Assembly: GCA_031364845.1 (NCBI GenBank)
Contig: JANLWX010000034.1
Coordinates: forward strand, 1-40,921
DNA: 40,921 bases
Direction: 5' to 3'
Source of the DNA: Candidatus Eiseniibacteriota bacterium
GTDB lineage: Bacteria; Eisenbacteria; RBG-16-71-46
Below the pieces are notes generated by a model. That model was not told the DNA's origin and did no database searches. It worked only from the letters and a program-made list of their open reading frames with translations. The position numbers and the translations under genes are program-made. Of this stretch, positions 8,919-20,079 are shown in pieces (positions within the stretch are counted from its first letter, which is position 1; each line of letters opens with the position of its first letter).

Positions 8919-9670
8919 AGCCCGAAGTCGAATGGCCGGTGACATTCTTCGACGACGAATACTTGAAGATCTACCGCACCAGCTTCACCGCCGAGAAGAC
9001 CGCGGCGGAGGTGGAGTTCATCGCGAGTGCGCTCGGCGTGCCGGCGGGCTCCGCGGTGCTCGACCTCGCGTGCGGGCTCGGACGGCATGCGATCGGCATG
9101 GCGAAGCGTGGATTTCAGGTGACCGGTGCCGACTTCAACGCTCGCTATCTCGAGATGGCGGCACAGGAGGCCGAGCGGCAGGGAGCGAAAGTGCGCTGGC
9201 TCGCGGCCGACATGCGCGAGTTGCCGTTCGAACGTGAATTCACCGGCGTCTATTCCTACTTCACGTCGTTCGGCTATTTCTCGGATGCCGAGAACGAACT
9301 GGTGCTGGCCCGCATTGCGCGCAGTCTCGTGCCCGGCGGCCGGCTGCTGCTCGATCTCGCCAATCGCGAACGGCTGCTGATCCATCCGCAACAGCGCATC
9401 TGGGATCAGCGCGAGGACGGTTCGCTCGTGATGGAGGAGATCACCTTCGACGTCCGCCGCTCGCGGGTGACGTCGCGCCTCACGCTGATCGAGGAACAGG
9501 GCCCGCGCAACGTGAAGGAGTTTGACCTGCGCACCTACACCTGCGCCGAGCTGACCGCGTTGCTCGCCCGTCACGGGCTCGTGGTCCGCGAAGTATGGGG
9601 CGGCGCCGATCGCAGCGAGTATTCTGCCGAGAGCCGCAGGCTCGCGCTGGTCGCCGAGCGGAGCGAATAG
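8915..9670 (+). CDS. Class I SAM-dependent methyltransferase
   Basis: VLDLACGLGRH motif I, ADMRELPF, FTSFGYF, LVPGGRLL; ATGA overlap with the helicase stop. Confidence 0.9.
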   Translation: MKPEVEWPVTFFDDEYLKIYRTSFTAEKTAAEVEFIASALGVPAGSAVLDLACGLGRHAIGMAKRGFQVTGADFNARYLEMAAQEAERQGAKVRWLAADMRELPFEREFTGVYSYFTSFGYFSDAENELVLARIARSLVPGGRLLLDLANRERLLIHPQQRIWDQREDGSLVMEEITFDVRRSRVTSRLTLIEEQGPRNVKEFDLRTYTCAELTALLARHGLVVREVWGGADRSEYSAESRRLALVAERSE

Positions 9671-10629
9671 TGCTCGACGCCGACCGCCTGCGCGATCGGC
9701 TCGCATCGCTGGCGCGCACGCGTCGCGCCCCGGTGGCGGCGCGTGCGACCGTCGTACCTGAAGCGTCGGAAGACGACGCATCTCGCGGCCATCCCTGGCG
9801 TCCGCGCAGCCATCGTGGCCCCGGTGTGGAGGAGTTCCTGCCGGGTGGCGAGTGGCGCTGCGCGAACGGCGCGGTCTACATCCACGAACGCCTGCGTTCC
9901 GAAATGGAGCGCCCCGAATCGGGCTGGGGACTGCTCGGCACACCGCCCGAAGAGGAGATCGATCTGTCGGCGCTCGCCGCGAGCGGGCTTTCGCGCGCCC
10001 TGTTCCTCGACCTCGAAACCGGAGGCCTCGCTTCGAGCCCGGTATTCCTCGCGGGCACCATGCACTGGAACGGAACGGACTTCGTGCTGCGCCAGTACTT
10101 CGCCCGCCATTACGGGGAAGAAGCGGCGCTGTTGAGCGCGCTTCACGAGGCGGCACGTGACTTCGACTATCTCGTGACCTTCAACGGAAAATCGTACGAC
10201 GCTCCCTTTTTGCTCGGACGTGCCGTGGTTCACGCGGTGACCGTGCAGCTTCCCGGACGCCACGTGGATCTGCTCCACGCGTCACGCCGGCGCTGGAAGC
10301 AATTGCTGCCCAACTGCCGGCTGCAGACGCTCGAGCAGCACGTATGCCGGCGGCGGCGCTCGGGCGACGTGCCCGGCGAGGAGATTCCCGGGCTCTATCA
10401 CGATTTCGTCCGGCGCGGCGATCCCTACCGGCTGATCCCCGTGTTTCACCACAACATGCTCGATGTGATCACGATGGTCGAGATCCTCCGTGCCCTGTGC
10501 TCGGAGCGGCCGCGCCCGCGAGCGGACGAACACGAGCGGGAACTGGACTTCAGCGAGTGCGACCCGGAACTGGATTTCTCCCGAGTGCCTCAGGTACCTC
10601 AATCCGCGAACGTCGTGCGCATCGATTGA
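9670..10629 (+). CDS. RNase_H_2 / YprB (MrfB-like) DEDD-type exonuclease
   Basis: LFLDLETGGL, LVTFNGKSYD, HVDLLH, LQTLE, DVPG..IP..Y, HHNMLDV; GTG start overlaps the upstream TAG. Confidence 0.88.
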   Translation: MLDADRLRDRLASLARTRRAPVAARATVVPEASEDDASRGHPWRPRSHRGPGVEEFLPGGEWRCANGAVYIHERLRSEMERPESGWGLLGTPPEEEIDLSALAASGLSRALFLDLETGGLASSPVFLAGTMHWNGTDFVLRQYFARHYGEEAALLSALHEAARDFDYLVTFNGKSYDAPFLLGRAVVHAVTVQLPGRHVDLLHASRRRWKQLLPNCRLQTLEQHVCRRRRSGDVPGEEIPGLYHDFVRRGDPYRLIPVFHHNMLDVITMVEILRALCSERPRPRADEHERELDFSECDPELDFSRVPQVPQSANVVRID

Positions 10630-10730
10630 ATTCGGAGTATCGTTCCGTTTGCGCCCCCGCGCGCGCGTCGCATGCGGGGGGCGCTGCTCCCGCCGCGACG
10701 CCCGTCATGCCGATCAGGAGTCGAGTTGCA

Positions 10731-12383
10731 ATGCCCGAGACACCCCGAAGCCTGTCCGCGCTGAGCGAAGAGTTCGTCGAACTGTCTTTCCGCAACGATC
10801 CGGTCGCTGCCACCGGCGTCGGCATCCATGACTACGATCATCTGCTCCCCGACGATTCTCCCGAAGGCATCCAGGCGCGGGTGTCGTGGCTGCGCGACTT
10901 CGAGCGCCGTCTGCGTACCACCATCGATCGCGGAACGCTCACCTCCACGCAGCGCGTCGACCTTGCCTACCTCGAAACGCGGGTGTGGACGCTGCGCGCA
11001 GAGATCGAGGATCTGCGGACCCACGCGCTCAATCCCGTGTGGTATCCCGATCGCGCGCTGCGCGGCGTGTTCATGCTGCTCGCTCGACCGTTTGCGCCGC
11101 TCGAAGAGCGCAAGGAGGCGATCCTCGACCGCCTGGTCGCGATCCCCGACTATCTCGAGAGCGCCTTCAAGAATCTCGAGCCTACGTCGGAAGTTGTGAT
11201 GCGCACCGCGGTCGAGGTCACGCTCGCCGGCGCGAGCTTCGTGGACGAAGTAACGCGTTCACTTCGGCGCAGCTTCCCGGGCGAGGCCGAACGCATCGAG
11301 TTCGCGGCCCAGCGCGCGCGGGTCGGATTCCTGCGCTATCAGGAGCGCATCGAGCGCGAGTTGATGCCGCGCGCCAAGCCGGTCGCCGGCATCGGCGCCG
11401 AAGCCATGAACGCGATGCTGCGCCACGAGCATCTGCTCGACACCGACGTCGATGCGCTCGAGGTACTCGGGACTGAGCACGTCGCCCGCATCCGCGAGAT
11501 GCTCGAGCGCGAGGCGCGGCGACTCGACCCTTCGCGCGGCTGGCGCGAGCAGATCCTAGAGGCGCGTTCGCGCCACCCCGATCGTGGCAGCCTGCGCGAA
11601 GCCTATGTGACCGAAACCGCGCGCGCGCTTGCGTTCGTGCGCGAGCGGCGCATCGCGCCGGTGACGAGCACGGCGCTCGAGATCATCGACACACCTGTGT
11701 TCGAGCGCGCGTTCACGCCGTACGCGGCGTATCTGCCGGCCGCTCCCTTCGACGCCGATCAGACCGGATACTTCTTCGTGACCCCGGTCGATCTGTCCAA
11801 GTCGAAGGACATCCAGGCCAAGCAACTCTCCGAGCACGCGTGGGCACGGCTGCCGCTGGTCGTGCTGCACGAATCCTATCCCGGCCGCCATCTGCAGACC
11901 GGCCATGCGAACCGCGGCGGCTCGCGCCTGCGCCAACTCGCCTACGACGACGTTTTCGCTCTCGGATGGGCCTTGTATTGCGCGGAAGTCATGCACGAAG
12001 AAGGCTTCTTCACCGACGCCGCAACCCGGCTGTTCCAGCTCAAGGATCTGCTGTGGCGCGCATGCCGGGTGGTGATCGACGTGCGGCTCCAGATCGGGCG
12101 CATGACGTTCGACGAGGCCGTGAACTACCTGGTCGACGAGGTCATGCTCGAGCCCGGAAGTGCCGCACTCGAAGTGAAACGCTATCTACTGTCGCCGACC
12201 CAGCCGCTCAGTTACTTCGTCGGCATGCTCGAGATCCAGAAGCTGCGCGACGAGGCGAAGACGCGGCTCGGCTCGCGGTTCGATCTGCACGACTTCCACG
12301 CGGCACTGCTCAGCGTCGGGGCGCTGCCTCCGGCGCTGGTGCGCGAGGAGTTGTGGAACCGGCTGGAGACGACGAAGGCTTAG
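10731..12383 (+). CDS. DUF885 family protein
   Basis: AGGAG RBS upstream. DPVAATGVGIHDYD N-terminus, HESYPGRHLQ, GWALYCAE, LWRACRVVIDV, EVKRY...PTQPLSYFVG, FDLHDFH. Confidence 0.85.
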   Translation: MPETPRSLSALSEEFVELSFRNDPVAATGVGIHDYDHLLPDDSPEGIQARVSWLRDFERRLRTTIDRGTLTSTQRVDLAYLETRVWTLRAEIEDLRTHALNPVWYPDRALRGVFMLLARPFAPLEERKEAILDRLVAIPDYLESAFKNLEPTSEVVMRTAVEVTLAGASFVDEVTRSLRRSFPGEAERIEFAAQRARVGFLRYQERIERELMPRAKPVAGIGAEAMNAMLRHEHLLDTDVDALEVLGTEHVARIREMLEREARRLDPSRGWREQILEARSRHPDRGSLREAYVTETARALAFVRERRIAPVTSTALEIIDTPVFERAFTPYAAYLPAAPFDADQTGYFFVTPVDLSKSKDIQAKQLSEHAWARLPLVVLHESYPGRHLQTGHANRGGSRLRQLAYDDVFALGWALYCAEVMHEEGFFTDAATRLFQLKDLLWRACRVVIDVRLQIGRMTFDEAVNYLVDEVMLEPGSAALEVKRYLLSPTQPLSYFVGMLEIQKLRDEAKTRLGSRFDLHDFHAALLSVGALPPALVREELWNRLETTKA

Positions 12384-12399
12384 CCTTAGCGAGTCGATC

Positions 12400-12804
12400 T
12401 CAGGCCGTGAGCCGCGGCTTGAGGATCCTGGCGCCCAGCATGCTCAGCAATCCGATCACCACACCGTTCACGAGTCCGATGATCGGCGCGAAGATCAGCA
12501 GCATCACGCGCGGATTCATGTTCGCGGGCATGGTCTGGATCTGGGCGGCGGTGTCGGGGTTGTTCGCGAGGTAAGTCGAGTACATCGCGAGCTGAATCAG
12601 CGCGGACGCCATTCCGGCGAGCAACCCGGTCCACAGCCCGTGCAGGAAGTACTTGCCCGGCGCTTCGCGCGCGATCACGAATGCGCTGGCGACCGCGATC
12701 ACGAGCCACAGCACGCCCTCGCGATGCTGCGTCCAGCCCATCACCGACGCGAACCCCATCACGACACCGGCCACCGACAGCATTCCGATCAGCTTGCGGT
12801 CCAT
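12400..12804 (-). CDS. Small integral membrane protein, about 4 TM helices, function unknown
   Basis: 134-aa ORF with four hydrophobic stretches, co-oriented downstream of the acyl-CoA ligase. Confidence 0.7.
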   Translation of the reverse strand: MDRKLIGMLSVAGVVMGFASVMGWTQHREGVLWLVIAVASAFVIAREAPGKYFLHGLWTGLLAGMASALIQLAMYSTYLANNPDTAAQIQTMPANMNPRVMLLIFAPIIGLVNGVVIGLLSMLGARILKPRLTA

Positions 12805-12841
12805 CAGACGCTCCGGTTGATGCGCGCCGCGGGGCGCGCCG

Positions 12842-14683
<1,842 letters not shown>

Positions 14684-14889
14684 GCAAAGCCCCCCGGGCA
14701 GCGCCGCCGCGAGACCCGCGAGCGGTCGCTCTGCGGGGTGCGGACGTTCTTCAATAAGATCGGCGGAGCGGGGCGGCAAGACAAGTGCAACCGCGACCGG
14801 GTTCAGCGCGAAGCCCGATCGACCGATAACCTGCGGGGCACACGACGGTCGTTGACAACCCCGCGAGGGGTGGGGGAGAGTCGCGCGAC

Positions 14890-16167
14890 ATGGTCTCGAG
14901 CTGGATTCTCGGAGGAGTCCGAACGCCGTTCGCCAGGGTCGGCAGCGTGTTTCGCAATACGCCCGCTTACGAACTCGGACGCGTGGCGATGGCGGAACTG
15001 CTGGCGCGCCACGATCTGGACCCCGCGCGCCTCGACCACGTCGTGTTCGGCAACTGCGCCCAGCCCGCCGAGGCAGCGAACATCACGCGCGTCACGGCCC
15101 TGCGCGCGGGTGTGCCCGAGAAAGTCCCCGGCTTCACGGTGCACCGAAACTGCGCCTCGGGTATGGAAGCGATCGCCGACGCCGCCTACCGCATCGCCTC
15201 GGGCGAGGCGAAGCTGATCCTCGCGGGCGGCATGGAATCGATGAGTCAGATCCCGCTCATGTACGCGCCGAGCTACGCCGGATGGCTCGAAGGCGTCATG
15301 CGCGCGAAGACGCCGGTTCAGAAGCTCGGCGCGTTCGCCGGCTTCCGCCCGGCCATGCTCAAGCCGCGCATCGCGATCGTCGAAGGGCTCACCGACTTCA
15401 CGTGCGGGCTCAACATGGGTCAGACCGCCGAAGTGCTGGCGAACGAGTTCCGGATCGGCCGTGAGCGCCAGGACGGATTTGCGCTCATGAGCCACCAGCG
15501 CGCGATCGCCGCCCGCGCGCGCCTGCGCGAGGAGATGGTGCCGGTGTTCCCGGCGCCGAAGCACGAGATCGTGCACGACGATGTCGGCCCGCGCGACGGC
15601 CAGACGCTCGAGGCGCTCGCGAAGCTCAAGCCGTACTTCGACCGAAAGAACGGCACGGTCACGGTTGGGAACTCGTGTCAGGTGACCGATGGTGCCGTGG
15701 CGCTGTTGATCGGCGACGAGGCGACCGCGCGCGTGTGGCCCACGCCGCCGCTGGGGCGCATACGCTCGTTCGCCTTCGCCGGGCTCTCGCCGCGGCGCAT
15801 GGGATTGGGGCCGGTGTTCGCGATGTCGGAAGCGCTCACCAAGGCCGGGCTCTCGATGGCCGACTGCGAGCGAGTCGAGATCAATGAAGCGTTCGCGGTG
15901 CAGGTGCTGGCGTGCCTGGAAGCCTCCAAGTCCGATGCATTCGCGCGCGCCGAGCTGGGCCGCGATCGTGCGCTGGGAGAGATTCCGATGGATCGCCTGA
16001 ACGTGAACGGTGGCGCGATCGCGCTGGGGCATCCGGTCGGCGCGAGCGGCGCGCGGCTGTTGTTGACGCTGCTCCACGAGCTGCGGCGCAACGGTCTCCA
16101 TCGCGGAATTGCTTCGCTGTGCGTCGGCGGCGGCCAAGGTGCCGCATTCGTGCTGGAGCGCGAATGA
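14890..16167 (+). CDS. Acetyl-CoA C-acyltransferase (3-ketoacyl-CoA thiolase, FadA/FadI type)
   Basis: RTPF, NCASG (catalytic Cys), GGMESMS, NEAF, GHPVGASG, CVGGGQG; GGGGAG RBS. Confidence 0.93.
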   Translation: MVSSWILGGVRTPFARVGSVFRNTPAYELGRVAMAELLARHDLDPARLDHVVFGNCAQPAEAANITRVTALRAGVPEKVPGFTVHRNCASGMEAIADAAYRIASGEAKLILAGGMESMSQIPLMYAPSYAGWLEGVMRAKTPVQKLGAFAGFRPAMLKPRIAIVEGLTDFTCGLNMGQTAEVLANEFRIGRERQDGFALMSHQRAIAARARLREEMVPVFPAPKHEIVHDDVGPRDGQTLEALAKLKPYFDRKNGTVTVGNSCQVTDGAVALLIGDEATARVWPTPPLGRIRSFAFAGLSPRRMGLGPVFAMSEALTKAGLSMADCERVEINEAFAVQVLACLEASKSDAFARAELGRDRALGEIPMDRLNVNGGAIALGHPVGASGARLLLTLLHELRRNGLHRGIASLCVGGGQGAAFVLERE

Positions 16168-16231
16168 GCGCGGCGCATGGGTTCATGAACGGGCACGGGT
16201 GCTGGAACCCGGCACTCAAAGCGGAGTGTGT

Positions 16232-18415
16232 ATGAGCGCCATGCCCGTGAACGACGCGCCGCTCATATCTCAACCCGTCGCGACGCCCGCCGTGTTCCGC
16301 ATCGAATGGCCCGATCCCGGGCTCGCACACCTCGTCATGGACGACCCGGGGCGCAAGCTCAACGTGCTCGATGCCGCGGCGATCGAGAGTCTCGAAGCCG
16401 CACTCGGCGAGTTGGAGCGCGCCTCCGATCTGCGCGGCGTGATCGTGCGCAGCGGCAAGGCCGGATCGTTCGTCGCGGGCGCGGACGTCCACGCGATCGG
16501 CGCGATCACCGATCCCGCGCAGGTGGTCGCGATCGTGCGGCGTGCGCATGCCGTGTTCAACCGACTCTCCGCGCTGCGTGCGCCGACCGTCGCCGCGATC
16601 GACGGCGTGTGCCTCGGCGGCGGCACCGAGCTGGCGCTCGCGTGTGATTCGCGGATCGCGAGCGAGGAGCCGCACACCCAGATCGGCCTGCCCGAAGTGC
16701 TGCTCGGCATCTTCCCCGGCTTCGGCGGCACGACGCGGCTGCCGCGGCTGGTCGGCGTCTCGGCGGCGCTCGATCTCGTCCTCACCGGCCGCTCGCTCGA
16801 TGCGCGCCGCGCCGCGAAGATGGGACTGGTCGCGCGCGCCGTGCCCGCCGCGTGGCTGATCGAGCACGCGCAGCGCCGGCTCGCCGAGCTGGAACGCCGG
16901 CCAGCGCACGCGCGGCGCGACCGCTATCGGCCAAAGGGGCTGGTCGCCGCGTTCCTCGAAACCCCGCCCGGCCGCGCGATCGTCTTTGGGCAGGCGCGCT
17001 CGATGACGCTGAAGCGCACCGCCGGCGAATACCCGGCCGCGCTCGCCGCGATCGACGTGATGCGCGCGGGAATCGGAAGGCCGGTCGCCGAAGCGTTGCC
17101 GCTCGAAGAGGGAATTGCCGAGCTGGTCGTGGGCCCGGTGAGCAAGAATCTCATCCGTATCTTCCTGCTCTCCGAGCGCGCGAAGAAAGGCTCGCCCGTG
17201 GGTGACGCCGCGATCCGCCTGACACCGGTCGCCACGTTGGGGCTGATCGGAACCGGCACCATGGGCGGCGGCATTGCCGAGTTGGCGAGCCGCGCTGGAA
17301 TCCGCGTGCGGATGCGCGACGTGCGGCCCGAATCGCTGACGAAGGCGCTCTCGACCGTACGCGAGCTGATCGACGAGCGCAGCCGCAAGCGCCGTGGTCC
17401 CGCGCACGAGCGCGATGCCCAACTCTCGCGCATCACCGCAACGCTGGAGCTCGAGGGCTTCGGCCGCGCTGACGCCACGATCGAAGCCGTGGTCGAGGAT
17501 CTCGAGGTGAAGCGCCGCGTATTCGGCGAGCTCGAAGCCCGCATGAGCCCGGCGGCACTGCTCGCGACCAACACATCGTCGCTCTCGGTCACCGAGCTCG
17601 GCGCGGGCCTCGCCCACCCCGAACGCTTCTGCGGCTTCCATTTCTTCAACCCGGTTCATCGCATGCCGCTCGTCGAAGTCGTGCGTGCCGCGCGGACCAC
17701 GGATGCCACGATCGTGACCGCCGTGGCCTTGGCGCGCCGGCTCGGCAAGACGCCGGTCGTGGTCGCCGATGCGCCGGGGTTCGTCGTGAACCGGATCCTC
17801 ACGCCCTACCTGCGCGAGGCGATGCACCTGCTCGAAGAAGGCTACGGAATCGCCGACATCGACGGTGCGATGCGCGGATTCGGCATGCCGATGGGACCGT
17901 TCGAAGTGCTGGACGAAGTCGGCATCGACGTGGCCCACAAGGCGGCCGGGGTGCTGGGCCGCGCGTTCCCCGATCGCATGGCCCCTGCGCCGGCACTCGA
18001 CAAGTTGGTCGAGGCAGGGCGGTTCGGGAAGAAGACAGGGCTCGGCTTCTATCGTCACCGCGGGCGGCGCCGCGAACCCGATCCCGGGCTCGCCACGCTC
18101 CTCGGGCTCGCGCGCCAGCGGACGCCGCAGAGTCGAGACGCGCTGGCCGAGCGCATGGTGCTCGCGATGATCAACGAGTCGGCCCATTGCCTGGACGAGC
18201 AGGTCGTGGCGGATGCCGGATCGGTCGATCTCGCGATGATCTTCGGCGCGGGATTCCCACCCTTCCGCGGCGGCCCGCTGCGTCACGCGGACGCGCTGGG
18301 TCTTCCGAAGGTCGCCGGCCGGCTCAACGCCTTGCGTGCGGAGCGCGGCGTGCGCTTCGAACCTGCGCGCGGGATCGTGACCAGGGCCGCGGACGGCGGA
18401 ACTTTCACCGCGTGA
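16232..18415 (+). CDS. Fatty-acid oxidation multifunctional enzyme (enoyl-CoA hydratase / 3-hydroxyacyl-CoA dehydrogenase, FadJ/FadB type)
   Basis: FVAGAD, GGGTELALACD, GLPEVLLG crotonase motifs; GTGTMGGGIA NAD site, ATNTSSL, HFFNPVHRMPLVE, PGFVVNR. Start at 16232 or 16241. Confidence 0.92.
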   Translation: MSAMPVNDAPLISQPVATPAVFRIEWPDPGLAHLVMDDPGRKLNVLDAAAIESLEAALGELERASDLRGVIVRSGKAGSFVAGADVHAIGAITDPAQVVAIVRRAHAVFNRLSALRAPTVAAIDGVCLGGGTELALACDSRIASEEPHTQIGLPEVLLGIFPGFGGTTRLPRLVGVSAALDLVLTGRSLDARRAAKMGLVARAVPAAWLIEHAQRRLAELERRPAHARRDRYRPKGLVAAFLETPPGRAIVFGQARSMTLKRTAGEYPAALAAIDVMRAGIGRPVAEALPLEEGIAELVVGPVSKNLIRIFLLSERAKKGSPVGDAAIRLTPVATLGLIGTGTMGGGIAELASRAGIRVRMRDVRPESLTKALSTVRELIDERSRKRRGPAHERDAQLSRITATLELEGFGRADATIEAVVEDLEVKRRVFGELEARMSPAALLATNTSSLSVTELGAGLAHPERFCGFHFFNPVHRMPLVEVVRAARTTDATIVTAVALARRLGKTPVVVADAPGFVVNRILTPYLREAMHLLEEGYGIADIDGAMRGFGMPMGPFEVLDEVGIDVAHKAAGVLGRAFPDRMAPAPALDKLVEAGRFGKKTGLGFYRHRGRRREPDPGLATLLGLARQRTPQSRDALAERMVLAMINESAHCLDEQVVADAGSVDLAMIFGAGFPPFRGGPLRHADALGLPKVAGRLNALRAERGVRFEPARGIVTRAADGGTFTA

Positions 18416-18569
18416 CTAAGGGGTTGGATCAGGGCTGCTTCGAGCCTCGAGAGAGAAGTGACTGCCACTTGAGCTCGTGAGCCCGGCACCCGCATTCGCC
18501 TATGCTTTTTCGATCGGGCAATGTGCTCGGCATCTGAGACTGCGAGATTTGAACTCGCCCCATTTATAC

Positions 18570-19256
18570 CTAGGCATCTGCGGTTGCGAGCTTTGCGCGG
18601 AGTTCTTCGATGCTGAGCACGGTTGTGCCGTGGTGAAGCATCGCGTGGCAGTTTGGGCACACGGGGCGCAGATCAGCTACCGCATCAAGTTTGTACTCGC
18701 CGTCAGCTAGAGCCAACGGGTTAAGGTGATGGACATGAATGAACTGTCTGCCCATAATCCCGTACCGCAATTCAAAGTTGAAGCTGCATACGGCGCAGTC
18801 GTAGCCATGGTGCTTAACGCAGGCCGCTCTCGCTCTTGGGTTGCGCTCGTATGCATTGACTCGAACCTGCTTCTTGGCCCCTTCTGCGTACTTCTGCCCC
18901 GGTTCTAAATCATCCGGATACAAACGATGCCTTTCCGAGGCGATGTTAGCGATTGCCTTCCCGTATTCGCCTAGACGCTCTTTGGCGACATCAAGTTCTA
19001 AAGACGTGAAGAGGCCCTGGAACCTTGGCTGCAAGACGATTGCTTCGACCGTGAGTTCTGGGCGGTTGGCTTCTAGTAGCGCGTCCAAACCCTTGCGCTG
19101 GCCTCTGTTTCGAGGGAGTAGCATTCGCTTCGCGGTTGCCAATCCGCCATTTCGCCTAACGGCTTGCAGAAACCTTCGTCCCCAATAGCCAACTTCTCTT
19201 CCTGCCGCCTGGTAGCCGTCGTTGAAGGCTTCGGTGAGTTCCTCTTCGAGCGACAT
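18570..19256 (-). CDS. HNH endonuclease of McrA-like type fused to an uncharacterised N-terminal domain
   Basis: EG...VNAYERNPRARAAC, CAVC, FIHVHHLNPL, DLRPVCPNCHAMLH; AAAGGA RBS; visibly more AT-rich than its flanks. Confidence 0.88.
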   Translation of the reverse strand: MSLEEELTEAFNDGYQAAGREVGYWGRRFLQAVRRNGGLATAKRMLLPRNRGQRKGLDALLEANRPELTVEAIVLQPRFQGLFTSLELDVAKERLGEYGKAIANIASERHRLYPDDLEPGQKYAEGAKKQVRVNAYERNPRARAACVKHHGYDCAVCSFNFELRYGIMGRQFIHVHHLNPLALADGEYKLDAVADLRPVCPNCHAMLHHGTTVLSIEELRAKLATADA

Positions 19257-19460
19257 GCATCGGTCCTTTCAGATCGAGGCCATGGGCTTGTAACTCTGCC
19301 TATTTCAAGTTTGCACGTTGCCAGAATTGGCGCCACTGGCCTGCCGTACGAACGAATCAGCTTCGCGATGCCTTGCTCAACTCCGCGGGCTGGATCGCGG
19401 ACACCGGGCGACTTTCATTGAAAAAGACTTCGTGCCGCCTGACGCGATGCTCGATTCATC

Positions 19461-19484
19461 GGAAGTGCTCGCGCTGCCTGCTGC
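19461..19484 (+). repeat. 24-bp direct repeat copy 1 (GGAAGTGCTCGCGCTGCCTGCTGC)
   Basis: Exact match to 20117..20140. Confidence 0.9.
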
Positions 19485-19540
19485 TTATGGATGGCGGATC
19501 ATTCACCGGGTAAACGATCCGCCATCGCGCCAGTGGCCGG

Positions 19541-19930
19541 CTAGTCCAGCAGGTCCTTGGGAATGTTGCCGCCGTTGTCCGCGAGCTTCTTCAGCACGGT
19601 CTTGTGCAGCCACATGTTCATCTGCGCCGAGTCGCCCATCTTCTCCGAGGGGCAGCCGAGTTCGATCGCGAGTTCCTTGCGAGCCGCCAGGCTGCTTTCC
19701 AAACCGAGCAGCTTCAGCAGATCGACGATCGAAACCTTCCAATTGAGCTTCTCTGCATGCGTCGCAGCGAGTCCTTCCAGTTTGGCGACCACGTCGACCA
19801 CCGTGATCGGGGCCGGCGCGACGGCTACCGGGGTCGTCGTGGTCATCGTCGTTGGCTGTGTGGTGGGAGCTGCCTCCGCCGTACCACGCTTGAATCCGAG
19901 CTTTTCGAGGATCTTGCCGAACAGGCTCAT
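19541..19930 (-). CDS. DUF3597 domain protein
   Basis: MSLFGKILEKLG N-terminus; LNWKVSIVDLLKLLGLESSLAARKELAIELG and GDSAQMNMWLHK...NGG match the DUF3597 pattern; AAGGAG RBS before ATG 19930. Confidence 0.88.
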   Translation of the reverse strand: MSLFGKILEKLGFKRGTAEAAPTTQPTTMTTTTPVAVAPAPITVVDVVAKLEGLAATHAEKLNWKVSIVDLLKLLGLESSLAARKELAIELGCPSEKMGDSAQMNMWLHKTVLKKLADNGGNIPKDLLD

Positions 19931-20079
19931 GACCAACTCCTTGGGATTTGGAAGAGAAGCCTCTTACCCGTGGCGACACGTCGCCACCGGGGAATCTACC
20001 ACCGGAAGATCCCCTCACCTCGCGTCCTCACCCGTTTCCGCGACTTCCAAATCGGCTGGCCGCCCCGCCAACAATGAGT

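Noticed and set aside
6489..9670. DISARM or Druantia-type defence system (DUF1998 helicase plus methyltransferase)
   Set aside because: No DrmA/DrmC/DrmD or Dru partners; the MTase lacks DPPY/NPPY or PCQ DNA-methylase motifs; the RNase_H_2 partner fits MrfAB better.
10539..10588. Short duplication encoding ELDFS twice at the exonuclease C-terminus
   Set aside because: Small imperfect duplication in a probably disordered tail; no evidence of function.
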